DNA of 64,000 nucleotides from Raillietiella orientalis (taxonomy: Eukaryota), in assembly GCA_036172245.1 (NCBI GenBank), contig JAYWIR010000019.1, forward strand, positions 248,001 through 312,000. The letters are read 5' to 3'. Below, piece by piece: positions 60,586-64,000 of this stretch (position 1 is its first letter; each line of letters begins with the position of its first letter). The position numbers were made by a program, and so were the translations under genes. A model generated the notes under the pieces. The model saw only the letters and a program-made list of their open reading frames with translations, ran no database searches and was not told the DNA's origin.

Positions 60586-61787
60586 CGCGGGCACAGGGAA
60601 GTCCGCAATTTGGCACGGAGTGCCAAATTGCGGAATGTCGGAACTTCGACGTGATTGCGCGTGGCAATCCCTCGTTAATGAACTTCCGGATCGGGGGAAA
60701 GCCGTGCGTTGTGTTGGGCTGTATCGTTCTTAAAGCTCACGTCAGAGGGTTGCCTTCGTTTTGTAGACTACAGATTCGTACATGAGCCAAGGCTGAACCT
60801 CTTGCACATGGGATGTGCAACAAGAAGAATGGTTAGCAGAGCGATCTTCATGTAACAAGGGCGAAAACCCTGCCTCATGTGCTGAATCACTGCCTGAGTC
60901 TTTACCGCTTGCAACCAGGAGTGATGTGGTTGCCCAAGGAACTGAATGCTGCTGCGATAGCAGCTGCAAAACGGAACCAACATGTCCCTGACGTGAATTG
61001 CAGTCTGCGTCCTGACCTGCAGAAAGCAAACATTGCATGTGACGTTGTATGTCGTGTGTTAATCTGAAAACCGCGAAGAGACTCTCGACACAGCTCGGAA
61101 GGAAACCACATGTGCTGGTGTTGCCCGTCAGCTCTCCAGCTGGCGTCAGCAGGTCAACATTCATGTGGTCCTTCTCTGAAAAGCTGCGAGCGTGAAAACC
61201 ACCTAAGGATGTGCTGCTCCTAAATCTTGGTGTTCCGCGGCAATTTTGGGGCAAGGTATGGACGCACCTGATGGTTACCTCATGCATCCGATATAGCCGC
61301 CGTATTTATTGGACACAAAAGCTTGGATGCCAGCTCGATGATTCCTCCATGCCTTCAGCATATATGGAAGAAATCAGTGATGATCAGCCATACTAGGTGA
61401 AGACATGAACGAGGGATGGACCAGGGGAAACGATGTCGACCATGAAAGAATGCATAAATAATCGCCATCCATCCAATATATATACTGTAATTTAGTAAGA
61501 TAGGAGGGAATGCAAGATGGTGTAAGCTCATCCATACACTTGTATAGATTGCACATTTTCCAATCTCTAAATGACTGTAATGTTTTTTGCCTTGCCTCCC
61601 TATAAGTCCAATGTTTTGCATCTTTTCTTATGATTCCCCAGCTTTGTTGAAACTACGAAGGATTTCTGGTACTTTAATTTTTGGCTCACTTTCAAGTTAC
61701 CCCCAGTAAATTACTTTCAGATTTTTAAAGCGCAGTTTAAAAATGCATAGGCAATCCTGATTGCAAAGGAAGATGGCGACTCCGGAG

Positions 61788-62045
61788 TCCAACGTACCTG
61801 TTTGTCACCCGGGTGCGCCGGGGCGTTTATTGATAAACTATCCAGGAACAGAGTCCCCGGTCAAAGGGCACAGAAGAAACGAAGGGGGGGGGGGGATCCC
61901 GACACGCAGGTCGGTATACCGAAAGTCCAGAACGGGAAGGAGGGGACCACAAAAACACATATAGAAAATGGAAATAAAGATATGGGGAGGATAGGGGACA
62001 GGGGTCTTTGGATTGGCCGTTCCTTTCCTTTCCAACGTACCTGTT
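61788..62045 (-). mobile_element. 228-bp repeat unit flanked by a perfect 15-bp direct repeat; diverged homologue at about 49600-49840 (+)
   Basis: tccaacgtacctgtt at 61788-61802 and 62031-62045; minus strand ccaaagacccc...ttccattt...gtcccct...ggggact aligns by eye with 49618-49770. Confidence 0.55.
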
Positions 62046-62461
62046 CGTGGAACTCGCGTGGCCACTTTCAGGTGTGCGTTGGCTCTCAGTACTCGCCGCA
62101 AGTGCAGTGTTTCTTCCCACTGCAAAGCAGAACACGTGCGAAGGTCTTCGATGTGAGGTCGCAGCAAGCAGTAGCGAGGGGAGCAGCCCAAACGATTTGA
62201 AAATCAGCACCCTCGATTTAATAAGGATTCAATAAGGACATTTTTTTGTCATGCACCCGAGCGACCGGTGCCGTCGTCAACTTTTTGAAGGGTGCGGAGG
62301 CAGAAGGCGGACTTTAGGAATGATACCTTGATAAGACTTGGATGGCCAAAATCACTTTGTAAACGTTGCCGTGTTTGATATGACAACCGCGTAAGCGATT
62401 CCACTGAAGTTCCTATCGTGCTGTGAGTCATCAATTTGAGGAGTTATCTCAAAGAGCACGC

Positions 62462-62786
62462 TGCTCGTACAAAAGGGAATATCCAAAGATGAGGAACAGC
62501 ACGCTCACTTGCAAGGCGGAAGATGCTTCCCGCGCTATGCGTGGGTGTACCACAACCACTTGGTTCGAAGAGAAACTGGAAATTTACCTTTTATTTTCAA
62601 AAGCAGACCACTGAATCCAAGTGCCGGAATTTTCATTCGAAGAGTCCCCTTTCACCGGAGTTTGCTAATGAATTATGGAAAACACGTTCTCGAGTTCGAA
62701 ATTTAGCTCAAGCGATGACGGACACCTCAAGATGAATGAAAAAGAAGGAAAGGAATGCAGCCAGTGAATTCAGTTGCAGAAAAGAA
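62462..62786. repeat. 325-bp direct repeat, copy 2
   Basis: Offset 4275 bp from copy 1; tgctcgtacaaaaggg...gaattcagttgYagaaaagaa. Confidence 0.95.
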
Positions 62787-64000
62787 TGCATTCATTGTAA
62801 TTCGTGGCCATTTCGTTACGTGGATTAGAAGATGAACTCCAAAGCTCGTGTGAAGTTCTCACCCTCAGCAAAAATCAAAAGAACGTTCAGGGGAAAAAAA
62901 TTGCTACCAGGGATAAAAACACAAACCACGAGGCAGATCCCAAGTAGATTTTTTTTTTTTTTTTTTCCCATTGAAATCCAATGGCCACGAGGTGTGAAAA
63001 TCCTAGAGTTTGGGGAATCTATTTCGATCTCTCCGATGGTCCTCCGACACCGTTGGATCAGCAAGACAATTTCTTTGGAGCAGCTGAGTCCTTCATTCTT
63101 TATAAGTGAAAGATTAGGACTCGATTGGCAGCTGGGCTGCTTACGCATTGGCGGGGACGAAAACAAGCTTGATAATGTCATCCGAAAGCATCGAAAACGA
63201 GAACGACATCCCGAAAGTGGATCCGTAGATGAATTCGAGTTTTGTTTACCTTCGCTAAGCCACAACAGCAACCACGTGGTTGCGGGTCTGGAAGTTTTGC
63301 AGGTCGAGCCTCCTGCATCCGGCCAGTGTTTGGTAAAATGAAGACATCTCACCTGCATCACGCTCGGCGGTGGGTGCTTCTTTGCAGAAGCAGGAAACCG
63401 GTTAGACTGGTTCGAAGAAGAAGCAAATGTCCTTCCATCCGCGAAATGGAAGAGGAGATTCCTCGGAAATTGAGCGTCGATTAGGAGGCACAGGGAAGAT
63501 CGCGAAGACGTAATAAGAAACGGAGTGGCGGCTACAAAAGAGTAGATCGCAAGAATTTTGGGGTCCGTTGCTTGACGACAGTGGTTGCCCAAACCATCCC
63601 TGAACAAAACTTTGTCGATGTTCTGATCCCGAATTGCATTCTGAGCCATTCCGTGCGTGATTTCGAAGTGGGCCCTGCACTGTACGGAAAACCGTTGAAC
63701 TTGCTTAAGTCTGTGACTAAGTGTTGACGTGTCGTGTAAGCACACAAGAGGATGGAGACAAAGAAATCTTCCCGTGGACTCCGTGCCTCTTCGGGGGAAT
63801 GCCGAATGCCCCCCATCACTTTTTTGCGACGGTGACATACAAATTTTCATGAATCTTCCGGAAATTCTCAATTTTATCTCACTTGGGCTCAGGATTACTT
63901 ATTCCTTTGCAGACCCGGTCATGATTGGCTGCATACGGTTTGTGGTCAAAGACGAGTTCCGACCCGAAGGGATGGTCTTTTAAAGACCTGATAACTGTTC

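Noticed and set aside
58187..62786. Intact LTR retrotransposon
   Set aside because: No PBS, PPT, TSD, shared CA end or gag/pol ORF found.
1..64000. CRISPR array, rRNA, operons or prokaryotic defence systems
   Set aside because: No regularly spaced identical repeats with unique spacers, no rRNA signatures and no dense ORF packing; the sequence is intron-containing eukaryotic DNA.

Overview
Eukaryotic genomic DNA, almost certainly arthropod (Inr+DPE promoter, DIP-family gene, Ttk-type BTB fragment, TTAGG-like tracts); crustacean is possible but I cannot show it from sequence alone. The window is GC-rich with abundant CpG. It holds one intact protein-coding gene: an 8-exon, plus-strand, 3-Ig-domain cell-surface protein of the Dpr-interacting protein / lachesin (IgLON-like) family, most like DIP-gamma (CDS 7466..31023, 416 aa). 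The gene has a signal peptide, a probable GPI tail, an Inr+DPE core promoter at about 7351 and AATAAA at 31065. The rest is mostly old repeats: a tRNA-headed SINE family (6 copies), over 10 heavily decayed LINE relics, 4 degenerate (TTAGG)n tracts with shared flanks, and long purine or pyrimidine tracts. A lower-GC mosaic at 57-64 kb holds a Ttk-type BTB pseudo-exon, a 325-bp near-identical direct duplication, a 15-bp direct repeat and several perfect palindromes. I found no CRISPR array, rRNA, intact tRNA or prokaryotic operon, and almost all ORFs in the track are spurious. I see no clearly new biological system; the best leads are the divergent features of the DIP protein and the probably uncatalogued repeat families. 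All family assignments are from remembered consensus sequences, not database searches.
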